A stretch of DNA of 64,000 bases from Heterodontus francisci (Eukaryota): positions 39,566,437-39,630,436 of the forward strand of contig NC_090409.1 in NCBI RefSeq assembly GCF_036365525.1. Reading direction: 5' to 3'. Made by a program: the position numbers and the translations under genes. Shown here one piece after another: positions 13,795 through 26,218 of this stretch (positions are counted from its first letter, which is position 1; every line of letters starts with the position of its first letter). The notes beneath the pieces are model-generated. The model saw nothing but the letters and a program-made list of their open reading frames with translations. It ran no database searches and was not told where the DNA came from.

Positions 13795-14105
13795 CTAAGT
13801 TGAAGGGTCAGTTACGAGGGGTCACAAGTTTAAGGTGAGGGGCAGGAGGTTTAAGGGGGATTTGAGGAAGAACTTTTTTTTACCCAGAGGGTGGTGACGG
13901 TCTGGAATGCTCTGCCTGGGAGGGTGGTAGACACATGTTGCCTCACATCCTTTAAAAAGTACCTGGATGAGCACGTCATAACATTCAAGGCTATGGGCCA
14001 AGTGCTGACAAATGGGATTAGGTAGACAGGTCAGGTGTTTTAATGCATCGGTACAGACTCGATGGGCCGAAGGGCCTCTTCTGCACTGTTTTATTCTGTG
14101 ATTTA
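13795..14105 (+). mobile_element. CR1 3' fragment (same subfamily as 60220-60730), flanked by L2-like remnants
   Basis: Near-identical to 60410-60725; typical CR1 3' end. Confidence 0.85.
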
Positions 14106-14385
14106 GTGATGGGTAAATGGGACTTGGTGTGAGTTAGGATACGGGGCAGCAGAATTTTAGATGAGCTCAAGTTTATGGAGAGTGTCAGGTGGAATTGGCC
14201 GGGGGAACATTGGAATAGTCGAGTCCAGAGATAACAAAGGCACGGATGAGGATTCATGAAATGCAGCATTGAAACATCCCACACAGCACAAAGTGTATCA
14301 GTGTACACAACATTTCCACAACACCAAATATAATAAAACAAAACTAGAAATAACAATGGGAACTGCAGAACATTCCAGAACTCAC

Positions 14386-14488
14386 CATCTTTGTTTCTTT
14401 CGAATAATGAAAAGGACAATTACAGCAATGAGAAGAAGAAGAATTGCGATGACCAATCCAACTACTGCTCCAGTAGAGAGTCCAGGAT
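14386..14488 (-). CDS. Gene A exon 5: transmembrane exon DPGLSTGAVVGLVIAILLLLIAVIVLFIIRKKQR(W)
   Basis: Acceptor ctgtctctag, donor GTGAGT, phase 1 to 2. A 22-aa hydrophobic run is followed by a basic stop-transfer sequence. Confidence 0.88.
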
Positions 14489-14833
14489 CTAGAGACAGAA
14501 TGAAGCCGTTAACAGACTGGGACACACTAACAAAACTAACAGAGAACTTCAGAATGTCACACAGATACAGTCACCGATACATGCTTTCCAAACGAGATAA
14601 CTGGACACTGCCCAGCAGCCTCCCTTCAATTAAACCCAACATCCCGCTGAAATAGGAGCGGAAATTTTAAAATAATTTGCCGGTTGGGAAATCCACGGGA
14701 TTGGGTGGAACGCGGTTTATACACAGATCAATATTACTCCTCATTGACTTCATACTGAGGACTCCCGGGGTCACCCCCACCTGACTGTGTACGAGAGCTA
14801 AAAACACATGCAGTAGTTTAGAAACTGATTTAC

Positions 14834-14887
14834 CTGGTACAGGTGTGTCCGGTACAGGTGTGTCCGGTACAGGTGTACGAGCTCGCT
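14834..14887 (-). CDS. Gene A exon 4: Pro/Thr stalk ERARTPVPDTPVPDTPVP
   Basis: Acceptor ttttcttcag, donor GTAAAT, 54 nt, phase 1-1, internal 15-nt repeat. Conserved as an island in copy B. Confidence 0.8.
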
Positions 14888-15359
14888 CTGAAGAAAACAT
14901 CATGTGTTCAGTATTGTGTGTGAAACAAACTGCAGAAATATTCAAAGACTCTATCGGGCTGTAGGGAAACACATCCCGGGAGGAACGAGACTCGGGTCAA
15001 ACTGATCAGGAAGGATCAGGAACAGGGTCGGCAGAGTGAAAAATCCAACAGGATTGCATTCACTTTGAGGGGGAGAATGGAAGTTTTCCCAGAGTTACCC
15101 CCAGCAGGATCATTCCCAGCAGACTACACCCACCTGTGGAGAGAATTCCCACAGGAACCTGGGCCGACTGGGATGCACTTTCAAGGTAAGTGCACTGGGT
15201 CTTGTAAAGGCTGCCTGAGAGGTGCTATGGGCCCCACCTCCTGCACCCCAACATCTGGAGACAGATGTAGCACGTTTCTGGAGAGTGAGAGCAGCTTGAT
15301 AGCACCGTGGGTTTGCCTTTGCTGTGTCCTGATTCGATGTCTGGGTCACAGCCAGTGGG

Positions 15360-15720
15360 CCGTTCAGTTTTATTCTTGTTTTTCTTTCTAGTAGTTTGAT
15401 ACAAACTGATTGAAGTGGCCGAGCAGGTCAGAGGGCAGTTAAAAGGCAACCAGGTTAATGTGGGACAGGAGTCACATATAGACCAGACCGGGTAAGGACG
15501 GCAGGTTTCCTTCCCTAGAGGGACATCAGTGAACCAGTTGGGTTTTACAACAATCCAACAGCTTCATGGTCACTTTTATTGGGACCAACTTTATATTTCC
15601 AGATTTATTTTAAACTGAATTTCAATTCTGAAAGTGCCATGGTGGGATTTGAACTCACGTTCTCTGGATTATTAGTCCAGGCCTCTGGATTACTAGTCTA
15701 GTAACATAACCACTGCACTA
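15360..15720 (-). mobile_element. tRNA-headed SINE-like repeat (related copies at 45780-46050, 47630-47830, 48950-49075, 57300-57445, 63815-64000)
   Basis: Shared motifs gactagtaatccagagg, gttcaaatcccacc and aaggaaa.ctgccgtccttacc.ggtctgg across the copies. Confidence 0.75.
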
Positions 15721-15776
15721 CCGTACCCATAAAATCAGAGAGTAAATGCAGAATACCTGAAACAGAAACCTCTCAC

Positions 15777-16109
15777 CTGTGACAGAGAGATGAACATCTT
15801 GATGAAAGACTGGAGTCTCCCTCTGTTGAATCTCACATCGATACTCATTCTGGTCTGACTGCCTGAGGTCAGAGATCATAATTGACCAGTTGCCTTGTTC
15901 CAGTTGATCTTTGAACAGGTTTGTTCTGTTTCTGAACCGTGGGTCTTGTACTGTTAAATCATCGTTCCCATCGATAAATTTGTGTAAAACTCCATTCCTG
16001 AATATCCACCAAATTACCTGCAACTCAGAGACTGGGACATTCCCTTTGTAGATACAGGGCAGCACAACCTGCTCCCCAAGGAACCCAGAAACTGGGACAG
16101 GCGAGTAAC
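15777..16109 (-). CDS. Gene A exon 3: Ig V-set domain of B7/butyrophilin type (CD276/ICOSL/MOG-like)
   Basis: 333-nt phase 1-1 exon (cttttccag / GTGAGA). Contains GEQVVLPC, the C-strand W, QDPRFRNRTNLF..QLEQGNWS, and D.NEYRC, which match the B7-family IgV signature. Confidence 0.93.
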
Positions 16110-16660
16110 CTGGAAAAGATTGGAAGAATTTATCCACAGATATAACCTCCCTGCTGGTACATTCCATCCCAAACTTCACATGGTTACACTGCGATGCTTG
16201 ATTTACAAGAAGCACTGATCAGTAACTCACTGCTTTCATTTCTGTGGGAAGGTTAAAGGTCAGGCATTAAGGGCCTTCAACTAAAACCAGCTTGTGCTGG
16301 ATATTTGTATCCACAGAGCAGCTGGACAGCACTTTGAATCGTGTGTTTCCCATTGTACACATGCTGGGAGAACACATCAGGATATTGGTCACCCTGCCCA
16401 CCTCCCCCCTTTGGGAGAACAATGACAGACTGGGGGTGCACAATGTGAGGTGGAGCTCAGGAGCAGAAAACTGACCCTGAAATGTAAAGACAGAAATGGG
16501 TGGGGGAGGGGGTACCCGAGGATGTGGAAAGGGCTTTGGACAGGTTGGGGGGGGGGGGGGGGACAATGACGGACAAGTACACTGTGTAGGGGGTGAGGCA
16601 GCACCTGATGGTCTGAAAGGGGCCGAGGCAACGTGGATCCTCACCTCCCTCCACCACTAA

Positions 16661-18250
16661 CACAAGAAATGGGAGCAGGAGTAGGCCATTCAGCCCCTCA
16701 AGTCTGCCCTGCAGTTCATTAAGATTATGGCGGATCTGTCCCAGGCTTCAACTCCTCTTTCGGGCCTGCTCCGCATAACCCTCAGCTCCAAGATTTCAAA
16801 AATCTCCTTATATATCTCTTGAAATAGTGACCCAGCCTCCACAACTCTGAGGTAGAGAATTCCAGACATTCACCACCCTGGGAGAGAAGAAATTCCTTCC
16901 CATCTCAGTTTTAAATGTGTGACCCCTTATTCTGCAACTATGTCCCCTCGTTCGAGATTCCCCCACCAGCAGGAACATATTCTCAACATCGACCCTGTCA
17001 AGCCCCCTTAGAATCTTATATGTTTCTATAAGATCACCTCTCATTCATCTAAACTTCCATGAATAAAGGCCTAACCTGTTTAGCCGTTCTTGATAAAACT
17101 ACCCCGTCATTAAAGGAATCAGCCTCGTAAATCTTTTCTGAACTGCCCCCAATGCTAGTTATATCCTTCCTTAAATACAGGGACCAAAACTGTTAACAGT
17201 ACTCCAGGTGTGGCCTCACCAACACCCTGTACAGTTGTAACAAGACTTCCCTATTTTTAAACTCTATCCCCCAAGCAATAAAGACCAAAATTCCATCTGC
17301 CTTCCTAATTATTTGCTGCACCTACATCCTAACCTTTTGTGTTTCATGTACAAGAACACCCAGATCCCTCTGTACTGCAGTATTTTGTAGTCTTTCTCCA
17401 TCTAAATAATAATCTGCCTTTTTATTCTTCCTGCCAAAGTGGATGACCTTTCACTTTCCCACATTGAACTCCATCTGCCAAGTTTTGCCCACTCACTTAA
17501 CCTATCTATATCCCTTTGCAGATTCTGTGTCCTCATCACAACATGCCTTTCCACCTATTTTTGCATCGTCAGCAAATTTGGACACACTACACTCTGTCCC
17601 TTCCTCCAAGTCATTGATATAGATAGTAAATAGTTGAGGCCCTCGGACCGATCCTTGTGGAACCCCACTAGTTACAACTTTCCAATCTGAAAAAGACTCA
17701 TCAACCCTAACTCTGTGCCTTCTGTGTGTTAGCCAATCCTCAATCCATGCCAACACATTACCCCAATACCCTGAGCTTGTATTTTGTGCAATAACCTTTT
17801 ATGTGGCACCTTATTGAACACATTCTGAAAATCCAAATACACAACATCTACAGGTTCCTCTTTATCCACTCTGCTTGTTATATCCTCAAAGAACTCGAAC
17901 AAATTTGTCAAACATGATTTCCCTTTCATAAAACCATGTTGACTCTGTTTGATTGCATTATGTTTTTTCCAAATGTCCTGCTATTTCTTCCTTCATAATG
18001 GATTCTAGTATTTTCCCAATGACAGATGTTAAGCTAACTGGTCCATAATTTCCTGCTTTCTGTCTCCCTCCTTTCTTGAAGAGGGGGGGGGGTCACATTA
18101 GCGGTTTTCCAATCCGCTGGTACCCGACTGGAATCCAGTGAGTTTTGGTATATTATGATCAATGCCTCCACTATCTCTGCAGCCACTTCCTTTAAAACCC
18201 TTGGATGCAGGCCATCAGGTCCTGGCGACTTGTCTGCCTTTTGTCCCAAG
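16661..18250 (-). mobile_element. Decayed CR1 LINE (RT to 3' end) in copy A intron 2, absent from copy B
   Basis: KSPGPDGLHPRVLKE, KSCLTNL, GVPQGSV, KFADD across broken ORFs. Copy B reads ccaccactaa-cctgtcagacc at 58371-58391 without it. Confidence 0.92.
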
Positions 18251-18592
18251 AGTTTGTCCAGCAGCTTTATCGGCTTAAAAGTCTGCCACTGCTCATCAAC
18301 TGACTTTACTTTTCGTCTATTTTCCCAGCCCGAACCTGTCAGACCTTGCTCCTCAACCCGATACGGCCAGACTTTGCCCCCTCCCTGGACCCAAAACCCA
18401 ATCCTCAGTCCTGATGACCCTACTCCCCATGCTCAGAGGCAATTCCCAGTTCTATTCCAGACTCCTGATCCCAGTGCTCAGGACCCCATCCCAGTACCAC
18501 TGGATCCCAGTCACCCATCCCAGTGTTACCGAGTGTTACTCAGTGTCCACATTCCACTGTTCACATCACAGGGATTATTCTGAAGACATTAA

Positions 18593-19764
18593 GAGCAGTG
18601 GATGTGGTGTATATGGATTTTAGCAAGGCGTTTGATAAGGTTCCCCATGGTAGGCTCATTCAGAAAGTAAGGAGGCATGGGATACAGGGAAAGTTGGCTG
18701 CATGGATACAAAATTGGCTGGCCCATGGAAGACAGAGGGTGGTAGTAGATGGAAAGTATTCAACATGGAGCTCGGTGACCAGTGGTGTTCCGCAGGGATC
18801 TGTTCTGGGACCTCTGCTCTTTGTGATTTTTATAAATGACTTGGGTGAGGAAGTTGAAGGCTGGGTTAGCAAGTTTGCCGATGACACGAAGGTTGCTGGA
18901 GTTGTGGATAGTGTGGAAGGCTGTTGTAGGTTGCAACGGGACATTGACAGGATGCAGAGCTGGGCTGAGAAGTGGCAGATGGAGTTCAACCTGGAAAAGT
19001 GTGAAGTGATTCATTTTGGAAGGTCGAATTTGAATACAGAATACAGGCTTAAAGACAGGATTCTTGGCAGTGTGGAGGAACAGAGGGATCTTGGGGTCCA
19101 TGTCCATAGATCGCTCAAAGTTGCCACCCAAGTTGATAGGGTTGTTAAGAAGGCGTATGGTGTGTTGGCTTTCATTAACAAGGGGATTGAGTTTAAGAGC
19201 CGTGAGGTTATGCTGCAGCTCTATAAGGCCCTGGTTCGACCACACTTGGAATATTGTGTTCAGTTCTGGTCGCCTCATTATAGGAAGGATGTGGAAGCTT
19301 TATTGAGGGTGCAGAGGAGATTTACCAGGATGCTGCCTGGACTGGAGGGCATGTCTTACGAAGAAAGATTGAGGGAGCTCAGGCTTTTCTCATTGGAGCG
19401 AAGATGGATGAGAGGTGACTTGATAGAGGGGTACAAGATGATGAGAGGCATAGATAGAGTGGATAGCCAGAGACTTTTTCCCAGGGTGGAAAGGGCTATT
19501 ACCAGGGGGCATAATTTTAAGGTGATTGGAGGAAGGTTTCGGGGAGATGTCAGAGGTAGGTTCTTTACACAGAGAGTGGTGGGTGCGTGGAATGCGTTGC
19601 CAGTGGTGGTAGTAGAAGCGGATACATTAGGGACATTTAAGCAACTCTTGGATAGGTACATGGATGACAGCAGAATGAAGGGTAGGTAGTTAGTTTGATC
19701 TTCGAGTAGGTTAAAGGTTCGGCACAACATCGTGGGCCGAAGGGCCTGTACTGTGCGATGTTCT
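18593..19764 (+). mobile_element. Young 5'-truncated CR1 with uninterrupted RT frame and ATTAA target-site duplication
   Basis: ORF 18523-19689 is open. ATTAA occurs at 18588-18592 and 19765-19769. The empty site gacattaactgcc is in copy B near 58620. Confidence 0.95.
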
Positions 19765-20089
19765 ATTAACTGCCTTCCTTTCAGGTCTCATGATCATTAT
19801 GTGTAATGTGAACCGACTGTGTCCACTCCCTCAATGGGCCCACTCACAGTGAACACAGCACCTTAAAGCAAAATGAATTCCTGATATAATGAAGACTATT
19901 CCCCAGTAATATACACATTACTGATTTCAGTCCCAGACACCCAGACAAATGTTCTTTCCAGGAGATAGCTAACTGCAGTCTGTAATAATTCACAAGGTTA
20001 ACACCATCCAGGAAGATAAATCCTGATATAATCCATGTCACCAGCAGCCCCGAGCTCTGCTGAAATGTGAGAGCAGTCACAGCGTTTAC

Positions 20090-20153
20090 CTGAAACAGCA
20101 GCAACAGCATTTAGCAGCAGCAGCAGGAGGAGGGGTTTCTGTAAGTTGGGTCC
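20090..20153 (-). CDS. Gene A exon 2: signal peptide GPNLQKPLLLLLLLNAVAAVS(G)
   Basis: Acceptor tttttgttgcag, donor GTAAAC, 64 nt, phase 0 to 1, joining in frame to the V exon. Confidence 0.88.
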
Positions 20154-20229
20154 CTGCAACAAAAAAACACAGTTACCCCCCTTTACCACAGTTTCTTGCT
20201 GCTCATGTCCATTACTGAACCGGGACAGG

Positions 20230-20590
20230 ACACAGTCCATGGTCCCTCTCCCCATTACTGACCCCCCTCCCTCCCGGCTCTGAGACACATTGAGACCGGG
20301 AGCAGCCCTGACACAGTCCATGGTCCCACTCCCCATTACTGACCCCCCTCCCCCCGGCTCTGAGACACATTGAGACCGGGAACAGCCCTGACACAGTCCA
20401 TGGTCCCTCTCCCCATTACTGACCTCCCTCCCTCCCGGCTCTGAGACACATTTAGACCGGGAGCAGCCCTGACACAGTCCATGGTCCCGCTCCCCATTAC
20501 TGACCCCCCTCCCTCCCTCCCGGCTCTGAGACACATTGAGACCGGGAGCAGCCCTGACACAGCCCATGGTCCCTCTCCCCATTACTGACC
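20230..20590. repeat. 81-bp VNTR in intron 1 of gene A (about 4.5 units)
   Basis: Same unit as 27875-30655 and 59085-59365. Confidence 0.95.
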
Positions 20591-20616
20591 GCCTGGGTGT
20601 GAGACACTGACAGTAC

Positions 20617-20637
20617 CTGCAGTGCTTTTCCATCCAT
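20617..20637 (-). CDS. Gene A exon 1 coding part MDGKALQ
   Basis: ATG GAT GGA AAA GCA CTG CAG followed by gtactg, phase 0 matching exon 2. Conserved in three copies. Spliced CDS is 636 nt, 211 aa. Confidence 0.75.
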
Positions 20638-20849
20638 TGCCCCGATTCTGGATCATCCCCTCCCGGAGACAGGAGACTGGGAATCAGCTGCTCAGCTGTT
20701 GTCAGATAACAGTGCCAGTTATACCTTCCAACACAAGGACCAAGTGGGCGGGGTCGAGACAGAGGGGGAAAAAAAATCAGTCCCGGTCCCTGTGTCGGAG
20801 TCCAGACAGAGGGGGAAATCAGTCTCGGCCACTGCGCCTGTGTCGATGT

Positions 20850-21420
20850 CGGGTAGGTATACCCACAGTGCTGTTAGGAAGGGAGTTCCAGGGTTTTGAC
20901 CCAGCGACAGTGATGGAACAGCGATTATAGTTCCAAGTCAGGATGGTGTGTGACTTGGAGGGGAACTTGCAGGTGGTGGTGTTCCCATGCATCTGCTGCC
21001 CTTGTCCTTCTAGGTGGTAGAGGTCGTGAGTCTGGAAGGTGCTGTTTAAAAGGAGCCTTGGTGAGTTGCTGCAGTGCATCTTATAGATGGTACACACTGC
21101 TGTCACTGTGCAGTGGTGGAGGGAGTGAATGTTTGGGGATGGGGTGCCAATCAAGCGGGCTGCTTTGTCCTGGATGGTGTCGAGCTTCTTGAGTGTTGTT
21201 GGAGCTGCACCCATCCAGGCAAGTGGAGAGTATTCCATCACACTCCTGACTTTTACCTTATAGATGGTGGACAGGCTTTGGGGAGGCAGGAGGTGAGTTA
21301 CTCGCCGCAGGATTCCCAGTCTTTGACCTGCTCTTGTAGCCATGGTATTTCTGTGATTGGTCCAGTTCAGTTTCTGGTTAATGCTGACCCCCCCAGGATG
21401 TTGATTCTGGGGGATAGTTC
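20850..21420 (-). mobile_element. 3' fragment of the same LINE family as 10726-12117
   Basis: ORF 20819-21343 (ATRAGQRLGILRRVTHLL...EYSPLAWMGAAPTTLKKLD) matches the 451-aa ORF. Confidence 0.9.
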
Positions 21421-21809
21421 AAAGTCAGGTGAGTGACCTGGAAGGGAACATGCTTACACCAACTGCACCGTTTTTCTATCCTTGCTTATATGAATATATA
21501 TATATTTTTTCCACTTGTTTTGCTCTCTGCAATTCTTCAAATTAAATTTTAGATTCCACAGTGATAGAATATTACAAACAAGCCTGGCCTCAGCCTGGAC
21601 AGAAACAAAACAAATTGACTGGAATTATAAACTCTATCCTGCTTTCCAGTCACTGACATTTTTATCAGAACTGGTCAAAGTATTTTTCTGGTTTTTGATT
21701 TCAGTATTTTACTGTCATCTTGTTTTAGCTCAATTGCTACTGGTGGGTTCTCATGTCAATCAGTGTAGCCCCACCCCACCCCACCACATCCAGCAGGTGG
21801 ACTTTATGC

Positions 21810-24800
21810 TAATCATAGAAAGGTTACGACCCTCAAAGAAGCCACTTGGCCCATCGTGTCTGTGCCCACCAAAAAAAGAGCCACCCAGCTTAATCACATC
21901 TTCCAGCATTTGGTCTGTAGCCCTTATAGATTATGGCACTTGAGGTGCATATCAAGGCACCTTTTCAATGAGTTGAGGGTTTCTGCCTCAATTGCCTGTT
22001 CAGGCAGCGAGTTCCAGACCCCACCACCCTCTGTGTGAACAGTTTTTCCTTGTCTCCCCTCTAATTCTTCCATCAATCACTTTCAACCTGTGCTCCCTTG
22101 TCACTGACTTGTCTGCTCAGGTAAATAGAGCCTCCCCATCCACTCTATCCAGGCCCGTCAGAATTTTATATATCTCAAATCAAATCTCCCCTTAGCCTTC
22201 TCTGTTCCAAAGGGAACAACCCCAGCCTATCCAATCTTTCCTCATAGCTGTATTTTTCCAGTCCCGGCAACATCCTAGTAAATCTCCACTGTACCCTCCA
22301 GTGCAATTACACCCTTTCTGTAATGAGGTGACCAGAACTGCACACAGTACTCCAATTGTGGCCCAACCAATGAGTTATACAGTTCCAGCATAACCTCCCT
22401 GCTCTTATATTCTATACTTCAGCTAATAAAGAAAATAATTCCATATGCATTCTTAACCACCTTATCGACCTGTCCTGCTACCTTCAGGGATCTGTGGACA
22501 TTCACTCCAAGGTCCCTCACTTCCTCTGCACTTCACAGTATTCTCCCATTAATCGTGTATTCCTTTGCCTTGTTTGACCTCTCCAAATGCATCACCTCAC
22601 ACTTCTCCAAGTTGAATTACATTTGCCATTTTTCTCCCCACCTGCCCAGACCATTGACATCTTCCTGCAGTCTGCAGCTATCCTCCTCCCTATCTACCAC
22701 ACGGCCAGTTTTTGTGTCGTCTGCAAATTACTTGATCATACCCCCTAACATTTATGTCCAAATCGTTAATATATACCACAAAAAACAGGGGACCCAATAC
22801 TGAGCCCTGCAGAATGCCACTGGAGACAACCTTCCACCTTCCAATTACCTTGTGTTTCCTGCCACTGAGTCAATTTTGTATCCAGCTTGCTACATTTCCC
22901 TGGATCCCATTGGCTTTTATTTTTCTGACCAGTCTGCCATGTGGGACCTTGTCAAAAACCTTGCTAAAATCCATGTAGACCACATCAACTGCACTACCTT
23001 CATCTATCCTCCTTGTTATTTCTTCAGAAGAATTCAAATTCTCAGACACGATTTTCCATTAATAAATCCATGCTGACTATCCTTGATTAATCCATATCCT
23101 TCTAAGGTGACAGTTTATCCTGTCTCTCAGAATTCATTCCACTAATTTGCATACTATCGGAGGTTAAATTGACTGGTCTGGAATTACTCAGTCTTTATGC
23201 CCTCTCTTTGCTTTCCTAATTTCCTTTTTGATTTCACCCTCCACTTTCTGTCGTATTGAGTTCAGTGTCAGACATAAGCTTTCCTTCTCTGCCTTATCTT
23301 ACTCTGTGAGCTCATTGACATCCACCAGGCTCTAGATTTGGCCGTCCCACCCTTTTTCTTTGTGGGAACATGTTTACTCTGAACCACTTGAATCTCCCCT
23401 TTGCCTACATATCTACTCTTCTACCTCCCTCTGTCTGTTTGGGGATCTGTAGTACATTCCTAGCAGTGATTGTCCCTTTTTGTTCCTTAGATCAATCCAT
23501 GTGGCCTCATTTGATGAACCTTCCAACATATCATCCCTCCTCACAGTTGTAATAGTTTCCTCAACCAAAATTGCCAATTCCCCTCCTTTCTTATCCCCCT
23601 TCCGATTGAGTCTGAAAACCCTGTGACCAGGAACATTGAGCTGCCATTCCTGTCCCTCTTTAAGCCATGTTTCTGTAATAGCTATGATATCATACTGTCA
23701 GGTGTCTATCTGTGCCCTCAGCTCATCTGCTTTATTTGCCATCCTCCATGCAATGAAATAGTTAGCCTGGAGCACTGCCAAACTCTTCTTTTCCAATCTT
23801 TGTTTCCTCGGCCTTCCAGACTCATCCACTAATTTTCTGCCTTCCATTTTCATTTCTGATTTTGCCCCAACAGAGTCTACGCTCTGGTCCCCATCCTTCG
23901 CTAAACAAGTTTAAACGCTCCCCAACAGCACTGGCAAAATGTCCTGCAAGGAACTCAGTCCTGGCTCTGTACAAGTGCAACCCATCCAGGCTATACTGGT
24001 CCCAATGTCCTAAGAATCTAAAGCCCTCCCTCCTGCACCAACTTTCTAGCCATGCATTCATCTGTCTTATTCTCCTATTCCTGTACTCACTTGCACTTGG
24101 CACTGGGAGTAATTGGGAGATTACTACTTTTGAGGTCCTGCTTGCTAACTTCTTACCTAGTTCAGTGAACTCTTTGATACCAATGAAGTACACAGAAAGA
24201 GGGATGTGGTCCTGTACAATGAGGATCATAACTGCTGGATGTTCACCCTCCCTCTTCAGGGTGCTCTGCAGCCGCTCAGTGACATCCTTGACCCTGGCAC
24301 CAGGGAGGCAACACACCATCCTGGATTCACATCTGCAGCCACAGAAACACCTGTCTATTCCTCTATCAAATCTCCTATCACTATCTCCTTGTGCCCCCCT
24401 GTACAACTGATCCACCCATGGTACCATGGCCTTGGCTCTGGCGGCACTCCCCAGATGAACCATCACGTTCCTCAGTATTCAGAACGGAATACCTGTTGGT
24501 CAGAGAGATGCACTCGGGGGTCTCCTACACTGACATTTCTCTTGACTTTCTGGTGGTCACCCATTCCCTCTCTCCCTGCATACCTGTAAGCTGTTGGGTG
24601 ACCATAATTATAAAAATGCTATCTATGAATCTCTCATACTCATGGATGCACCACAGTGACCCCAGCTGTTGCTCAAGTTCCAAAACCCAGAGCTCAAGCT
24701 GCTGCAACTGATGACACTTCCTGCACATATAGTTATCCAGCACACGGGAAGTTTCCTGAAGTTTCCACTCAGCACAGGATGTGCACTCCAGAAGTTGGAG

Positions 24801-25330
24801 CAGCCCTGTCATTCCTCTATTTAAATAGTAATCTTGGTACTACAATTAAACCCTGCTGCCACGAATACTAAAATCCCACCAGTAGTAATAATAACCTTAA
24901 TGCTGCTAATACTAAACTTTACCAATATTAATATTTACCACTATTAATATACCCGACGAATGTTGCTGCTCTAGCCATAGTCCCAAAGGACCACAGGCAT
25001 CTCTCCCCATTAGAGAGAGACAACGGGTGATGTATAGCTTGAGGGTCACCACTCCAAGTGTGGGGCAAGGTGAGGAGGCAGGCCTGTGTGAGCTACCACA
25101 ACTGGTACGGGGATTTTATACCAGTACTAAATACTACCATTATAACATTACCAACAGTAATAAACCCGATTTAAAAATAAAAAGACCAGCTGCCCACTTA
25201 TTACTTGTTATTAATACTTATTAACATTTTTTAACTCCCAGTTGTTTAATCAGACCCGAAGCAGCAAATACTCACCAGCCGATCAACTCACCGCTTTCCT
25301 GTAATGTCACGGGTTGATTTCTCTCTTTCA
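21810..25330 (-). mobile_element. Decayed near-full-length CR1: ORF1 (zinc finger/leucine zipper + SGNH esterase-like) and ORF2 remnants
   Basis: CTSC...CRKC..LQQLELWVLELEQQL at 24525-24812; RGIDRCFCG...MVCCLPGARVKDV at 23822-24466; RT and 3' remnants at 21810-23100. Confidence 0.85.
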
Positions 25331-26218
25331 AACTCCAGTGTGTATAGCCAGGAGGTTCCTTGCAGGTCCACCACCGCTCCCTGCAGGTAATGAATGAGTT
25401 GCATTTGGAAATATGACGTCAGGGAATACAGCTTCAGCCAATGGGAAGCGGGTGGGTGGGGTGTAAATCATCACTGCCTTGATTGACATGGCGGTGGGCC
25501 AATAGGAATACAGTGTGCAGCAGCTGAGTGTGACAGTTTGGTGTGACATCGGAGTGTCTCTTGCCCGCTCCCTTCGTCACTCTCCCACTTCGCCACTTCT
25601 CTGGGCAGGCAATGGCGAGCAGCCACTGCACAAGGTCCTCCCGCCATAGTATTCTGAGAGTGTGGCTCCCTCTCAGGCTGGATGCACCAAAATATGGTTT
25701 TGCTGTGCAATGCAAATGTATGTTGCATGCAAGAGGGAATGGAAGGGTTGTGAGACAAATCACTTTCAGTATTGCAGGAAACCGATATATTTTGCACTTT
25801 CTGGAATGTCGATTTGGAATATTTTTGTAATGTATTTTTCACAGATTTTTATGAATAAAGTACACTTTTGGGGAAAAAAAAACAGGGAGCAGCTGGGACT
25901 GACGGGATGCAGCAGTGAGAAGGCGGGTGCCAGAGAGAGCGGGATATTAATAATTTATGATATATCTTAGATTGCAACTAATGGTAAAAAGAAAGCCTGC
26001 CCTCAGCTGGACAGAATCAAAGCAAATGTGACTTTTTCCAAAAATTTACTTGATTCATATAAATCTGTAAAAAAATACATTTCAATACAGTGCAAACCAG
26101 TTCCAAATTGACATTCCAGAAAGTGCAAAAGAAATCAGGTTTTTTCAAGACAGAGGATGAGTTGCCTCACAACCCTTCCATTCCATTTGACACACAAATT
26201 GACTGGAATTATAAACTC

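Noticed and set aside
15777-16109. Rearranging Ig/TCR/NAR V segment
   Set aside because: The exon includes the G strand and ends in a splice donor. No heptamer/nonamer RSS or D/J segments were seen, and the motifs are B7-like.
20186-20212. ATG GAC ATG AGC... as the start of gene A
   Set aside because: The frame stops at TGG TAA, and splicing to exon 2 would need an intron of about 33 nt in the wrong phase. The MDGKALQ exon fits better.
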